Notes: generated by a model not told the origin, from the letters alone. A stretch of 63,960 nucleotides of DNA, filler included, from Perkinsus olseni (GCA_013115125.1; 3 parts of 3 records of this genome joined end to end with filler, not necessarily neighbours in it); one strand, 5' to 3'; shown: positions 28,990-41,130, counted from the first letter of the whole stretch. Numbers and translations are program-made.

Positions 28990-29775
28990 TCAATTCTGAT
29001 ACTTCAATAATAATGGGTATATGCTACGGAAAGCATTACTTATATCATCTCTATTTTTAGCACCAGTAAATACAATCTTTCCTGATACAAATATTAACAA
29101 AGCAACTTTAGGTTCGAATAAACGGAATACCAGACCAGGATATATTTCCGGTTCATAACTACAATAGGAACGATGTTCATAAGCTAAAGCTTCCAAACGT
29201 ATTGGGAATCTCACATCCGCTGATGCGACCATATTCTCAATTTTAAATTTCCTAAATCTTGCACCAGGGTAACCACTTTTTATTACAATTTTCGCAACCT
29301 TCTTCGCCGCATCTTTTGCTGTTATTTCAGAATTACTACCAGTGACCATAACCTTACCAGTGCCATATAACATAGCAGTTGCTTTTGGTTCTCTGAATCT
29401 TATCACCACTGCATTAACTTTCCGAGGATTATATTCAGCATTACGTGCTTTGAATGCTACTTTCTTCAAATCAATAAGACCACCACCATCATCATCGCCG
29501 CTATGTCGTCCATTGATACCCAATTCAACTGATGCTATAACATTCTCTAATACTGGATATACCGATTCTGGTATGATACCATCTTCCCCATCATCATTAG
29601 TAGTAGTCATGATAATGTTGTTATCATCACTACCATTTGGACTTGTTGTGGTACTTGTAACTGTTTCATCATAACAACCATCTCGCTGTGCTGATGCTAA
29701 CACATTATTATCCGATCCATCAACATTACCTGAGGATGATCGACGATTGAGAAAGAAGTAGATGATCATCGACAT
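28990..29775 (-). CDS. TBP: TBP-like factor, copy 1
   Basis: LENVIASV..IDLKKVAFKARNAEYNP..IRFREPKATA..GKVMVTG; KIENMVASADVRFPIRLEALA..SYEPE.YPGLVFR..PKVALLIFVSGKIVFTGAK. Confidence 0.95.
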   Translation of the reverse strand: MSMIIYFFLNRRSSSGNVDGSDNNVLASAQRDGCYDETVTSTTTSPNGSDDNNIIMTTTNDDGEDGIIPESVYPVLENVIASVELGINGRHSGDDDGGGLIDLKKVAFKARNAEYNPRKVNAVVIRFREPKATAMLYGTGKVMVTGSNSEITAKDAAKKVAKIVIKSGYPGARFRKFKIENMVASADVRFPIRLEALAYEHRSYCSYEPEIYPGLVFRLFEPKVALLIFVSGKIVFTGAKNRDDISNAFRSIYPLLLKYQN

Positions 29776-29825
29776 GAGGACCAGCAGCCCCCACAGCGTT
29801 GCATGCCACTAATACTTCAGTGAGT

Positions 29826-31206
29826 TATGTACAGTATATCGGATATCTTAGAGTAGCCTAAAGGCCTACTACAATACCGGGAATGACGACACCAGACCGC
29901 TAACTCGAACATTTGGACACATAGCGATGTTGATGGGACTTCGTACGGAGCACACCACAAACGGCAGAACTTCGGTTATGGCGAGGGAGAAAGGATAGCT
30001 GTATACTCTTCATGGGGATTGCTCAGCCAACTCCTCCTCCGCCTCCCCATTCGATCTGCCTTGAGTGGGTGGTGACGGTTGAGACGTTAAACTAGGATGA
30101 ACATTGAGGCGGCTGAGGTCTCTCTAAGCCAACCACTGACCGCTAGGACCCTGGGTAGTGTTCATGATGCTGTCGGAGGAGATGCAATCATGTTCTTCCA
30201 TAACTCCAATACACTACTGCGCTAGGTCCACAAAGAATCTCGAGGCAGCAGCAGCAGCAGCCTGACTCACTGGTACCACCGAGCTCATCAATAGTAATCA
30301 TAGGATTCATAAGGATGGTGATTATAAAGAAAGAAAGAAATACCATGGGCAATAGTCTATACGATCAGTTGATGATGCCAGGGTGCTGCTGCTGCTGGTA
30401 ATAGTAGTAGTAGTATCATACATTCTCAGGAAGTGCCCACGGGGCCCCTCACTACCATCATGACGATAATAATGACAACATATACAACACGATGTTGGTA
30501 ATCGAACAGCTCGATGAGCATCTATCATTACCTTCGGTAGCAGTAGAGCCTCTTCTGAGAGTCGGTACTGAGCGTATTGCTGTAGATAATGCATCCCCAA
30601 CATCACCTGAATGGAGATCCTATAGATCATACTGATGATGATGATGATGATGCTGGTGGTAGTGTTATGAGTAATACCTCCTCCACCACCTTCCGATCCG
30701 AGCAGGTCCAATAGGAACTCATCAGTGGTGGCCGTAGTAGAAGGAGATGATGGTATGTCTATCATAGTAATATTCAAGACGATATTACTATCATTCTGGA
30801 CGGATTTGGTAAAAAAGTGGTATGATGATGTACTCATCCATCCCTACCCGAAGGATTACCAATCATGATGAGAGAATGGTATCACTGGCAGATTTATCAC
30901 AACCAAACAGCATCTACTTTCAGATATCGTTGCTGTTATGCTAGCAGCAGCAGTGATAGCAGAAGAAGGGAGTAACGGTGACGTGATGAAGGACGACGTA
31001 ATGGTAATACCTGTTGTTGTTGTTGATGCCGCTTAAGGATAGCAGTATTGTTGTTGGTGTTATCTACTATTTAGTTACAATAATGTAACGTATGGTACTA
31101 GATACGGTAGAATACATAATACTACCACTCCAATAATAGACAACAACAAGAAGAAGAAGCGAAGGAAGAGTAGGAAGGGTAAGGGAAGTATTGATGAATG
31201 TGAGCA
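29826..31206 (-). CDS. Hypothetical multi-exon protein with hydrophobic N-terminus, between TBP copies
   Basis: ORF 30322-30837 plus spliceable exons; probable stop after ATLRYPIYCT. Confidence 0.3.
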
Positions 31207-31394
31207 TTTTGTGATAATGGTGATAATAACAATACTACAGGTAGTATGGAATACAATAGTTATACCAATCCGGCTGGTAGACGTTACATGACTCTATAAT
31301 CTTCGTACCATCCCATACGTAATACCAGTACATGACGATAATGATGATGAGTAGCAGTAGTAGGAGAGTGATGATAGTAGTGTTGTTGTTGTTA

Positions 31395-32291
31395 TCAATT
31401 CTGATACTTCAATAATAATGGGTATATGCTACGGAAAGCATTACTTATATCATCTCTATTTTTAGCACCAGTAAATACAATCTTTCCTGATACAAATATT
31501 AACAAAGCAACTTTAGGTTCGAATAAACGGAATACCAGACCAGGATATATTTCCGGTTCATAACTACAATAGGAACGATGTTCATAAGCTAAAGCTTCCA
31601 AACGTATTGGGAATCTCACATCCGCTGATGCGACCATATTCTCAATTTTAAATTTCCTAAATCTTGCACCAGGGTAACCACTTTTTATTACAACTTTCGC
31701 AACCTTCTTCGCCGCATCTTTTGCTGTTATTTCAGAATTACTACCAGTGACCATAACCTTACCAGTGCCATATAACATAGCAGTTGCTTTTGGTTCTCTG
31801 AATCTTATTACTACTGCATTAACTTTCCGAGGATTATATTCAGCATTACGTGCTTTGAATGCTACTTTCTTCAAATCAATAAGACCACCACCATCATCAT
31901 CATCGCCGCTATGTCGTCCATTGATACCCAATTCAACTGATGCTATAACATTCTCTAATACTGGATATACCGATTCTGGTATTATACCATCTTCCCCATC
32001 ATCATTAGTAGTAGTCATGATAATGTTATCATCACTACCATTTGGACTTGTTGTTGTACTTGTAACTGTTTCATCATAACAACCATCTCGCTGTGCTGAT
32101 AACACATTATTATCCGATCCATCAACATTACCTGAGGATGAATGATAAGCTACCCCCTGAAAGACAGCAGGTTGTTGTTGTTAACCCTTACCGGATGGTA
32201 TCATCTGCCGTCCTCCCCCTCCTTCTTCTTGTTGTTGCTTCTGGTCGTCATGACCAACCAGCAGGGAGTCGATATCAAAATCTGCCAGCAT
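31395..32291 (-). CDS. TBP: TBP-like factor, copy 2 (near-identical core to copy 1; one 5' intron)
   Basis: Same core as copy 1. First exon MLADFDIDSLLVGHDDQ...MIPS splices in frame (gtaagg...tttcag) to GVAYHSSSGNVDG. Confidence 0.95.
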
Positions 32292-32405
32292 ATAAGGGAG
32301 ATAACAACAACTATTAGAGAATGGCATACAGTGGTCGTGGTGGTGGCAACGCAAGAGTAGGGATGATATCCACAGATCAACACTATAGTGTGGTGGCGGT
32401 GATGG

Positions 32406-33236
32406 TCAATGTTTGTATTGTGTTAATAATGGATATATACTGCAGAATGCTTTGGTAATATCTTCTAATGTCCTGGCACCAACAAAAGATATCTTACCAG
32501 ATACATATATCATAATAACCATCTTAGGGTCGAAGAGTCGGAATGTTAACCCAGGGGATAACTCAGGCTCGTATGTAGCATACGCACTATGATCATAGGC
32601 TAACCTTTCCAAACGTATTGGGAATCTTACATCAACTGATGCTATCATATTCTCAACTTTAAAGTTATTCAACTTCATACTAGGATTATGTGTAATCTTC
32701 CTAAGGAGCTTGACTACTTTTTTACCAGCCTTCTTCGCTAATTCAATAGTATATGCACCATTAATCATAACCTTGCCATTACGATAAATGTGGCAAGTGG
32801 CCTTAGTAGGGTTAGTAAATCTGATTACCGCACAATTCTGTTTACGAGGGTTATACTCACAATTACGGAGTTTAAAAGCAATGTCTTTGATATCAATAAT
32901 ATCATCAGCATCATCATTTATGCAGAGCTCGAAGGATGCGATAACATTGTCCAATACTGGATTCATACCATCAGGTATCATATTATTGGCAACATCATCA
33001 ATATCATTAGTAGCAACATAACCATTATTATGCTTAACCATAACTCCATCCTCTCTAGACAGAGCATGCTGCTGATGCTGGTCTTCTTCTTCTCCTTGTT
33101 GTTGTTGATCGTCAGTTGTTGCTAGTAATGCATCGTCGATTGATGTGAGGTTATTGCGGTTATCACCACCACCACCACCACCACCTTCAAAAAAATAGTC
33201 CGGAGTGAGAATGCTAGATGGACCAGACATACTCAT
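32406..33236 (-). CDS. TBP: TBP-like factor, copy 3 (divergent paralogue), intronless
   Basis: LDNVIASF..IDIKDIAFKLRNCEYNP..GKVMING; KVENMIASVDVRFPIRLERLA..YEPELSPGLTFRLFDPK..VSGKISFVGAR. Confidence 0.93.
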   Translation of the reverse strand: MSMSGPSSILTPDYFFEGGGGGGGDNRNNLTSIDDALLATTDDQQQQGEEEDQHQQHALSREDGVMVKHNNGYVATNDIDDVANNMIPDGMNPVLDNVIASFELCINDDADDIIDIKDIAFKLRNCEYNPRKQNCAVIRFTNPTKATCHIYRNGKVMINGAYTIELAKKAGKKVVKLLRKITHNPSMKLNNFKVENMIASVDVRFPIRLERLAYDHSAYATYEPELSPGLTFRLFDPKMVIMIYVSGKISFVGARTLEDITKAFCSIYPLLTQYKH

Positions 33237-33404
33237 AATGCCAGACGCAATCATCAAACAATCTATGATAGGGAGTAGACAGCAGAATAGTTGCGCCCAT
33301 ATCGATTGGAATGGCGTGCGCTAGTCGTATTTATGACAGGGGGCCTTGTGTGGTGGGGGAGTTTAGTAGAGCTTACGTTCCTTGTAGTAGTTATTGTTGT
33401 GATT

Positions 33405-35301
33405 ATGTCTGGTGTTATTGGTATTGATTTGGGTACTGCTGATTCTATTGTTGCATCAGTTGGGCGAGGTGTGGTAGACATTGTACGGAATGAGGTGTCA
33501 GAAAGGAAGACTCCCTGTGTGGTTGGATTTACTGATAAGAACAGATTAATTGGTACTAATAAGCATGCTGCTAGTGATGATCAGGGGACTCTTGTCATCA
33601 TCATCAGGCGAAGCTGCTATGACGTCCATAAAATCAAATTATAAGAATACGTGCCGTAACCCTAAACAACTATTGGGAAGATCATCGCCTGATGATGAGG
33701 AGCTCAAGAAGGAGAAGTTCTTCCAGATATGTGATAATGCTATTGCTGATGATGGTAACAACAATAACAACAGTAGGAGTACTTGGTAATGCTTGTTAAT
33801 AAGCAGGTACTGCTGGTTATCGTGTATCCTATCTTGGTGAGGAGAGGGTATTGTCAGCTACTGTCGTTACATCTATGTTATTATCTAAGTTGAAAGATAC
33901 TGCTGATGCATTTACCTCATCCAATAGTAAAGATGTTGTTATCGCTGTACCATCATACTTCCAAGATACCCATCGCCATGCTGTACTGGACGCTGCTCGT
34001 ATTGCTGGCCTCAACTGTTTGAGGGTTATGAATGATTCCACGGCTACTGCACTAGCATACGGTATTTATCGTTCTAACGAGTTCGGTGATGATATTACTA
34101 AACCAACTATAGTAGCATTCACTTCCGTTGGTGCGTCACACTTCGGTTGCTCCGTCGTCAAGTTCACTAAGAGCCATCTTACTGTACTTGGTGAGGCTAT
34201 TGATACCACTGTTGGTGGTCGATATATTGATCAATTGTTGATGGAACATTATAGTCAAGAGTTTACTAAGAAGACAGGTTTGGACCCTCTGAAGAATGCA
34301 AAAGCTAGATTTAAGCTCGAGGAGGCTGTGAACAAGGTGAAGAAGATCTTATCTGCCAACAATGAGGCGGTATTGGGGATTGAATGCTTGATGGGAGATG
34401 AAGATCTTGTAGGTCCTTATCATCATCATCATCATCATTTACGAGTGCTATTCATTAGTATTCTTTTTCTTGTTGTTTTCAGAATGCTGTTGTAACTCGT
34501 GATAAGTTGGAGGAGTTATGTACCCCAATGATTGGTAAGATGCAATCAGTAATGGACCGAGCATTGAAGGAGGCCAATGTTACTGCTGATGATCTACATT
34601 CTGTTGAGATCATTGGTGGTGTATCTCGCGTGCCATTCATACAACGTACCATTGTTGATACCCTCCACAAGGGTCTATCCCGAACCCTTAATGCTGATGA
34701 ATGCGTTGCTCGTGGTTGTGCACTGCAAGCCGCTATGTTGTCACCGTTATTCAAGGTTAGGTAATATACAACACTCCCACCAAACCGCTTCACTCATCAT
34801 TCCTCTTTTCAGGGACTTTGCTGTCACTGATTTCTCCCAGCAAGGTGTTGAGGTTGCATGGAAGGCAGCAGCAGCAACTAGTACCGGTGATGATAGTGAA
34901 CAACAACACGAACGAGCTGATGATGATACTGCTGATGGTTCTGCATCTATTAAAAGGACAGAAGTTTTCCAACCACGGTCGACGCTGAATATGGTTAAGA
35001 TGCTCACCTTCTATCGCAAGGATGCCTTCGATCTATGGGCCCAGTATCCTAACTCGAAGGACGCGTCGCTCGGAAGATTCACTGTGCAAGTCCCTCATAG
35101 TGATGGTGCTCCCAAGAAGATTAAAGTTAGAGCTAAGCTCAGTCTACATGGTACGTTCAGTATAGAGAATGCCACTATGATTGAGGAAGAGGAATATCAA
35201 GTTGTTGAGAAGGAACGTCGACCTAAAGACAAGCAACAACAACAACAACAACAACAACAACAACCTGCTGCTGGTGCTGGTGCTGGTGCTGGTGCTGCTG
35301 G

Positions 35302-35339
<38 letters not shown>

Positions 35340-36556
35340 TGAACATGCCGGACGCATCCCCTTCAGCTACTACCACTACTAATGCTGATCATGATGTTAA
35401 TATGCAGCCTGCTGAGGTGGTAGTGGTAAACACAACAACAATACTGCTGCTATCAATGTGTCATTATTATTGCTCGTTGCTTTCAGACTGCTCCTAGTGA
35501 TAAGGAAGAGTATGAAGAGGTTGAAGTTACGAAGACCAAGACACGTACCGAGAAGACTGAGATACCTATCATACGTAATGCATCGTCATCATCGCTATTG
35601 TTGTTATTGTTTTATGTGGCAGGTTGTGGTGTACCCGGCATGACGGAAGAGCAGCTTATTGCTGCTGAGGATGATGAGTCCAAGATGAGAGGTATTGATA
35701 GAGAAGTTGCTGAGACTGATGAGAAGCGAAATGAATTGGAGAGTTATGTATTCGAGAGCAGGTAGGTGATGATGATGGTGGTACTCATGATGCTAGTATC
35801 ACTACTACTGCTGATCAGGGATAAGATAAGTTCACCATCATCTAAGTGGTATGAGTTCCTGAGTGCTGCACAAAGAGATGAACTATCTAATATACTTATG
35901 CAAACTGAGGATTGGATTTATGACCATTACGATGTAATAACCCTTCATCTCTAGCAGATGATGATTATTGTTATCATGGTCTTCAGGCTACCAAGGCCGA
36001 GTATATGGATAAGTTGATAGCGATACGACCATTGGGAGATGGAGCTGAGTATCGTGCATCAGAAGCATCCTTGAGACCAGAGGCAGAAGCTAAGACACAA
36101 GATGCTATGCAGAAGTATAGATCCTTAGCACAGTCACCTGATGTTGCTTACTCACATATTGCTATTGAAAGGAAGCAGCATATCATTGATGAGTGTCAGA
36201 AGTTGGAATCATGGTTATCTCAGCAGAAGGCATTACAGGCACGTCAACCTCTCTATGATACCCCAGTTTATACTGTAGCTGACCTCAATGCTAAGACTGA
36301 TGCTCTTATTAAACTAGCTGATGGTATATTATCTGAGAAGCCCCCCAAGAAGGAAGAGAAGCAGCAGAGCACCACGACCAATGATGCGTCCGAGTCCCCT
36401 TCTGCTGATGATACTCCTGCTGCTGGCGGCGATAATGGTGAATCTAGCGAAGAGGAGGGAGGTGCTGGCGGCCCTACTGTTGAAGAGGTCGATAGTTCCT
36501 CGCCTGATGCTTCTACTAAATATGAGGCCTCCCCTAAGGATATGGATGTTGATTAA
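33405..36556 (+). CDS. HSP110: Hsp110/SSE (Hsp70 superfamily nucleotide-exchange factor), multi-exon
   Basis: VIGIDLGT, DIVRNEVSERKTP, AARIAGLNCLRVMNDSTATALAYGIYR, KKILSANNEA, RTLNADECVARGCALQAAMLSP, KVRAKLSLHG, KRNELESYV, terminal MDVD. Confidence 0.95.
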
Positions 36557-36966
36557 TCCTCCTATGATAATTATGATATGCTTTTGATGTGACCTCAGTA
36601 TTATATTATCAACATCGTCATCATCATCATAAGCATCAGCGTCAGCAGCGGCAGTGGTAGCATTATTGCTCCTCTATACCAATACTCGTACCATCTCTCG
36701 TAGCCCCATCGAGAAGGCAATGGTTAATCAACAACAATAACAAACACTGTACTAAGAAATGTAATGATAAGACACCCCAAAAGGCGATGATTCCACCGTC
36801 GTTATTCCTATTACTACTTTCATCATTGATAGAAGTAATAGTGCTAATCCATCGTCGTCATCGTCGTCGAAGCTTTCATCCAACAGGACGTTGTTGTGTT
36901 GTTCTAGTAGATGGATGGGCAAATGGATTACAATTGTGCAGGGCGGTTATACTTGTTGTTAGAAGT

Positions 36967-38128
36967 ATGTCAAACTTTAAGAGTATATCGTCCTTCGATA
37001 ATCCATTACAAGCCTTCAATTATTACTTTGATAATATTTATATACCAGCAGGGCATCCTGACCTAGCGAGAGGACAGCGAGTTGATCATGATGATGGAGA
37101 AAGAGGAAAAGAAGGATGGTGGAGATCTCTATGTGAAGCCTTCATGGACCTACAACAATCATTGCAGTCTGAAGGATATACATTATCTAATAATGAAGAC
37201 GATGATGTCGAAGAAGTTCATACAGATTCTTTGTTACTTCTAACTTTACCTTATGTAATTGCTGATTGTATGAGCCATTATATAGATTGTATGACAATTA
37301 CCAAGAGGAGCAGTAAGAATCTTATGAAGGTTAAAACTTACTTGAAACAGTTTATAACCATCATAACAGCAAGGTTGAAGATCATTGATTATCATTCGTC
37401 ATTAACGGGAACTGGTGACGACAGAGATGCTAAAATAAATAGACGAAGAGAGGAGAAGCGGCTGAAACAGAAATATGTGAATATAAAGTATCATCTTAAC
37501 GAAGGCAAGGATGATGATGAGGAGGAGTTCGAACGAGATTGTTATATTTCCCTGATCAAATACTTTACGTTGTTATCTGTTGATGAGGTTAGAATGCTAG
37601 AGATCGAGATTGAGTGTCTTCAACAGAGAGAGGCCGATTGTGACGATGATGATCGTGGTCGTGGTCGAGAGAATGAGTAAGGTTATGCTCCCGTCGTCTA
37701 TGAGTAATTATCATTAGTCTTCAGCCTACGCCATGCACCGCCGACCATGGAGAGGCGACAACCATGGGTTGTACGATTGGATGCCCCTAATGTTGCTGAT
37801 CCTGAATCAAGAAGGAACAGATTGAATGTTAGAGATCAAGTGTTCAAGTAATAACATCATATTGGAAGTTAATAATGTAGTTGATAATTACCTCAGACCC
37901 GACATACCTATGCCAACTATGACTCTTGATGAATGGGCTAGACTTGAGCAGCAGAATCTCATCTCATCGTCAAACAATCAACAAAAGCAAGCCCGAGAGG
38001 GTGATGCTTCCGATAGCAGTAGTGATGACAACAGCGATGAAGAAGCTGAGTTGAAGGCGCGTGAATGGGATGATTGGAAAGATGATCACCCCAGAGGAGC
38101 TGGCAATAAAATGACCAATATTGGTTAA
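36967..38128 (+). CDS. TAP42: TAP42/alpha4 (IGBP1) PP2A-type phosphatase regulator
   Basis: SNNED..EEVHTDSLLLLTLPY, RDAKINR, RPDIPMPTMTLDEWA, KAREWDDWKDDHPRGAGNK. Confidence 0.9.
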
Positions 38129-38505
38129 ACCTATTACCATTCTGTTTCTATATTTGCTGTGTCGTCGATGAGTTGATGACAGTGATGATTGACCACTCCT
38201 CCTCACACAAGTCAGTAGTACTCATGGAAACTGGTCTTGTCCCCTCAGACAGGTAAGTATAAAAACTCTACTACGATCTTCTACTACACCATAAGTGATG
38301 ACTGATGTGGAAAAACCCATATTCGATATTAGCAAAAAATCAATGACTGCTAGGACGGCTGGCGAGGACACAAGTCCATGGTAAAACTATGATAATAATA
38401 ATAACCACCTTCTCCTCCCCTTCATACTCCGGTGATTGTGTGATCAACGTATCAACAAAACGATGAGGATTATGATCAGCAGCAGCACCTTCCTCGTCTG
38501 TTCGT

Positions 38506-39807
38506 CTATAACCTGCGTTTCTTATTCTTTTCCTCATAACCATTAGACACAGGAGTAGGGGTGGTAGTAGTTTCATTCTCGTAACGAATACTCCTATGTT
38601 TATGATACTTCGAGGCTTCTTCGCTCCCCTTCGTTGCATCACCTTGAGTATAAGAATGTTTACCAGCACCAGCAAGATGACCTTTATCAACAATAAGATA
38701 CTCATTACGTAGAGGCTTACCATCAAAAAAGGCTTCGAGTATCTCAGCAGTACCAGCAGCATAACGTGTTTGAGCTGATAGTGTAGTACCACTCACATGA
38801 GGTGTCATTGCATGATGTGGCATATCTCTCCACGGATGATCTTCTGGAGCAGGCTGAGGGAACCATACATCACCAGCATAACCACCCAGATGACCCGCCT
38901 CCAATGACGCCCTTATAGCATCTCTATCGCATATCTTACCTCTAGCTGTGTTAACTAGGTAAGCACCTTTCTTCATTTTACTTAGGAGAGTAGCATCAAA
39001 TAGATGTTCAGTTTGAGGATGTAGTGGGCAATTTATGGTAACAACATCACATACTTTAACCATATCCTCAACATTATCGTGATAGATCAAACCAAGCTCC
39101 TTCTCAACATCTTCCGATAGACGATAATGATCAGTATAATGAAGATGCACATCAAACGGCTTTAGACGCTTGAGTACAGCTAGTCCAATCCTACCAGCAG
39201 CAACAGTGCCAATGTGCATGCCTTCAACATCATAAGATCTACTAACACAGTCGGCTATGTTCCAACCACCTTCAACGACCGTTTTGTAACAAGGTATGTA
39301 ATTGCGTACCAGACTTAAAATGAGCATAACAACATGCTCGCTAACGGATATAGAATTAGAATATGTGACTTCAGCTACGGTAACATTATTATTGCAAGCT
39401 GCTTCCAAATCAACATGATCAGATCCAATACCAGCAGTGATGCATAGCTTCAACTTGGATGCCATCTGGATACGCTTTTCGGTCAAATAAGCAGGCCAAA
39501 ATGGTTGACTGATAACGACAACTGCATCAGGTAGATGCTTCTCAAATTCACATCCATCACCATCCTTATCAGATGTTACAACAAACTCATAACCATGCTT
39601 TTCCACCAACTGACGAATACCAAGTTCACCGGATACACAACCGAGTAGAGTACCAGCCTTGAAATGCACATCTTTAGGGGTTGGTGCAGTCTGGCCACCG
39701 GGATAATTACTTATAGTGGGTATATCATCTCTAGCATACTTAGGTGGATACCCAGTAAATGGATCATCATACAACACGCATACAACCTTACCAAGACTGG
39801 CCGGCAT
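38506..39807 (-). CDS. fdh: NAD-dependent formate dehydrogenase, bacterial type, intronless
   Basis: KVVCVLYDDP..GYP..YARDD, SQPFWPAY, TAGIGSDHVDL, AAGRIG, NTARG, GDVWFPQPAP, MTPHVSG. Confidence 0.96.
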   Translation of the reverse strand: MPASLGKVVCVLYDDPFTGYPPKYARDDIPTISNYPGGQTAPTPKDVHFKAGTLLGCVSGELGIRQLVEKHGYEFVVTSDKDGDGCEFEKHLPDAVVVISQPFWPAYLTEKRIQMASKLKLCITAGIGSDHVDLEAACNNNVTVAEVTYSNSISVSEHVVMLILSLVRNYIPCYKTVVEGGWNIADCVSRSYDVEGMHIGTVAAGRIGLAVLKRLKPFDVHLHYTDHYRLSEDVEKELGLIYHDNVEDMVKVCDVVTINCPLHPQTEHLFDATLLSKMKKGAYLVNTARGKICDRDAIRASLEAGHLGGYAGDVWFPQPAPEDHPWRDMPHHAMTPHVSGTTLSAQTRYAAGTAEILEAFFDGKPLRNEYLIVDKGHLAGAGKHSYTQGDATKGSEEASKYHKHRSIRYENETTTTPTPVSNGYEEKNKKRRL

Positions 39808-40027
39808 GATAATAAAGATGAGCACTACCTCCACTACGTTCCGTATACGCGTGCCATTACACGCGTACGTACACCATCAAGCGTTCGCCATCATGATCGA
39901 ACCAAACCCCCTTTTCACTTTCTTGCTATCGACATGGTAATGGACCATCGGCTTTTTCTTCGCTCGCCTCACTTCGTGCGGTAATACATTTCCATAAACC
40001 CCCAGTCATTATAAATACCCCAGGAGA

Positions 40028-41040
40028 ATGCAGACCATGAATAAACATGACCTGCCATACGCCACAACCGTCATCGCTGTTGGTATGTCGATGAGGTAGG
40101 TAAGGCTAATGGCATCATGGTTGTATGGTGTTGTGGATTGTAGCGTATACCTAAGTGGATGCTACTCTTATGGTGGTATTAATGTGAGAAGGTTCGGAGT
40201 AGGTTCACCAGAGGCAACAGCAACAGCAGCAGACCATGTTGCATCAACAGTAGTCGTGTATAGGTAGAACTACTAATGATGGTTATTTATCAGGTTCATG
40301 AAGATCGCTGTTATGCTGAGGTATTCGGTATGCAGGTTGCATTCACTTCTACTCAAGCCGCTGTTGATGATGGTGTCTATCAAGGTGTTGAAATTAAATG
40401 TGGTAATCATTTAGTAAACCTTAATGATGTTGAAGGTTATCCGCTTATGAAGGATAACCTTTTACGTAATAATAATAACAGCAGACTTAACACAACTGTC
40501 GATGATGATAGTATTCAGGTATTGAAGGTGCCCACGACTGTAATGATGTACATAATACATTGCATCATGGTCACCACCAGATGGCATCAATTCCCACTTC
40601 ACAAATGTATCATCAGCTCGAGGTGAATGTTCGGGATTATATTACTATCGTAGACATGTCATCGGCAGTAGGTTGTATTCAAAACAATGAAGAGTATCTG
40701 TAGTAGTGGTATCGATACTACACCACGACAAGATGGATCATTATGCTATATACCGTATATGGATGGTAAAGGTGAAGTTACATTAAAATACTCCGAGTAT
40801 AATGATGGTTATATGTTTCATAGTGGACAATGTCTCAATGCCCCTATTGATGGTAATAAATTTATCAAGTATTCGCATATATCTAAGAAGATATCTAAGG
40901 CTGATATACCGTCGGTATACATGGGTATACCAATGACCTGTGATGTTATCAAGAGAGCCATTGATGCCCCTAGGAGGGGAAGTGATGATGATCTTAATAG
41001 TAGACAGATGGAGGGTATTTGTAAAAAGATGAGCATGTAG
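40028..41040 (+). CDS. Hypothetical multi-exon Cys-containing protein
   Basis: ORFs 40276-40626 and 40687-41040 with splice signals; no family recognised. Confidence 0.4.
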
Positions 41041-41130
41041 TTGTGATGGTGTTCACATGATTTATCTGTTGTTATTGTACCACTTCCGTGTTATAGTACA
41101 CAACATGCTGTTTAATGTGATAATGATACG

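Noticed and set aside
29740-29830. Possible fusion of TBP copy 1 to an upstream membrane protein via LWGLLVLMSMIIYFFL
   Set aside because: An in-frame TAG lies just upstream and the upstream gene appears to stop at ATLRYPIYCT*; fusion would need an implausibly short intron.
38250-38260. Minus-strand ATACTTACCTG identical to the U1 snRNA 5' end
   Set aside because: No U1-70K loop (GATCACGAAG), U1A loop (ATTGCAC) or Sm site follows; it is simply a consensus 5' splice-site-like word.
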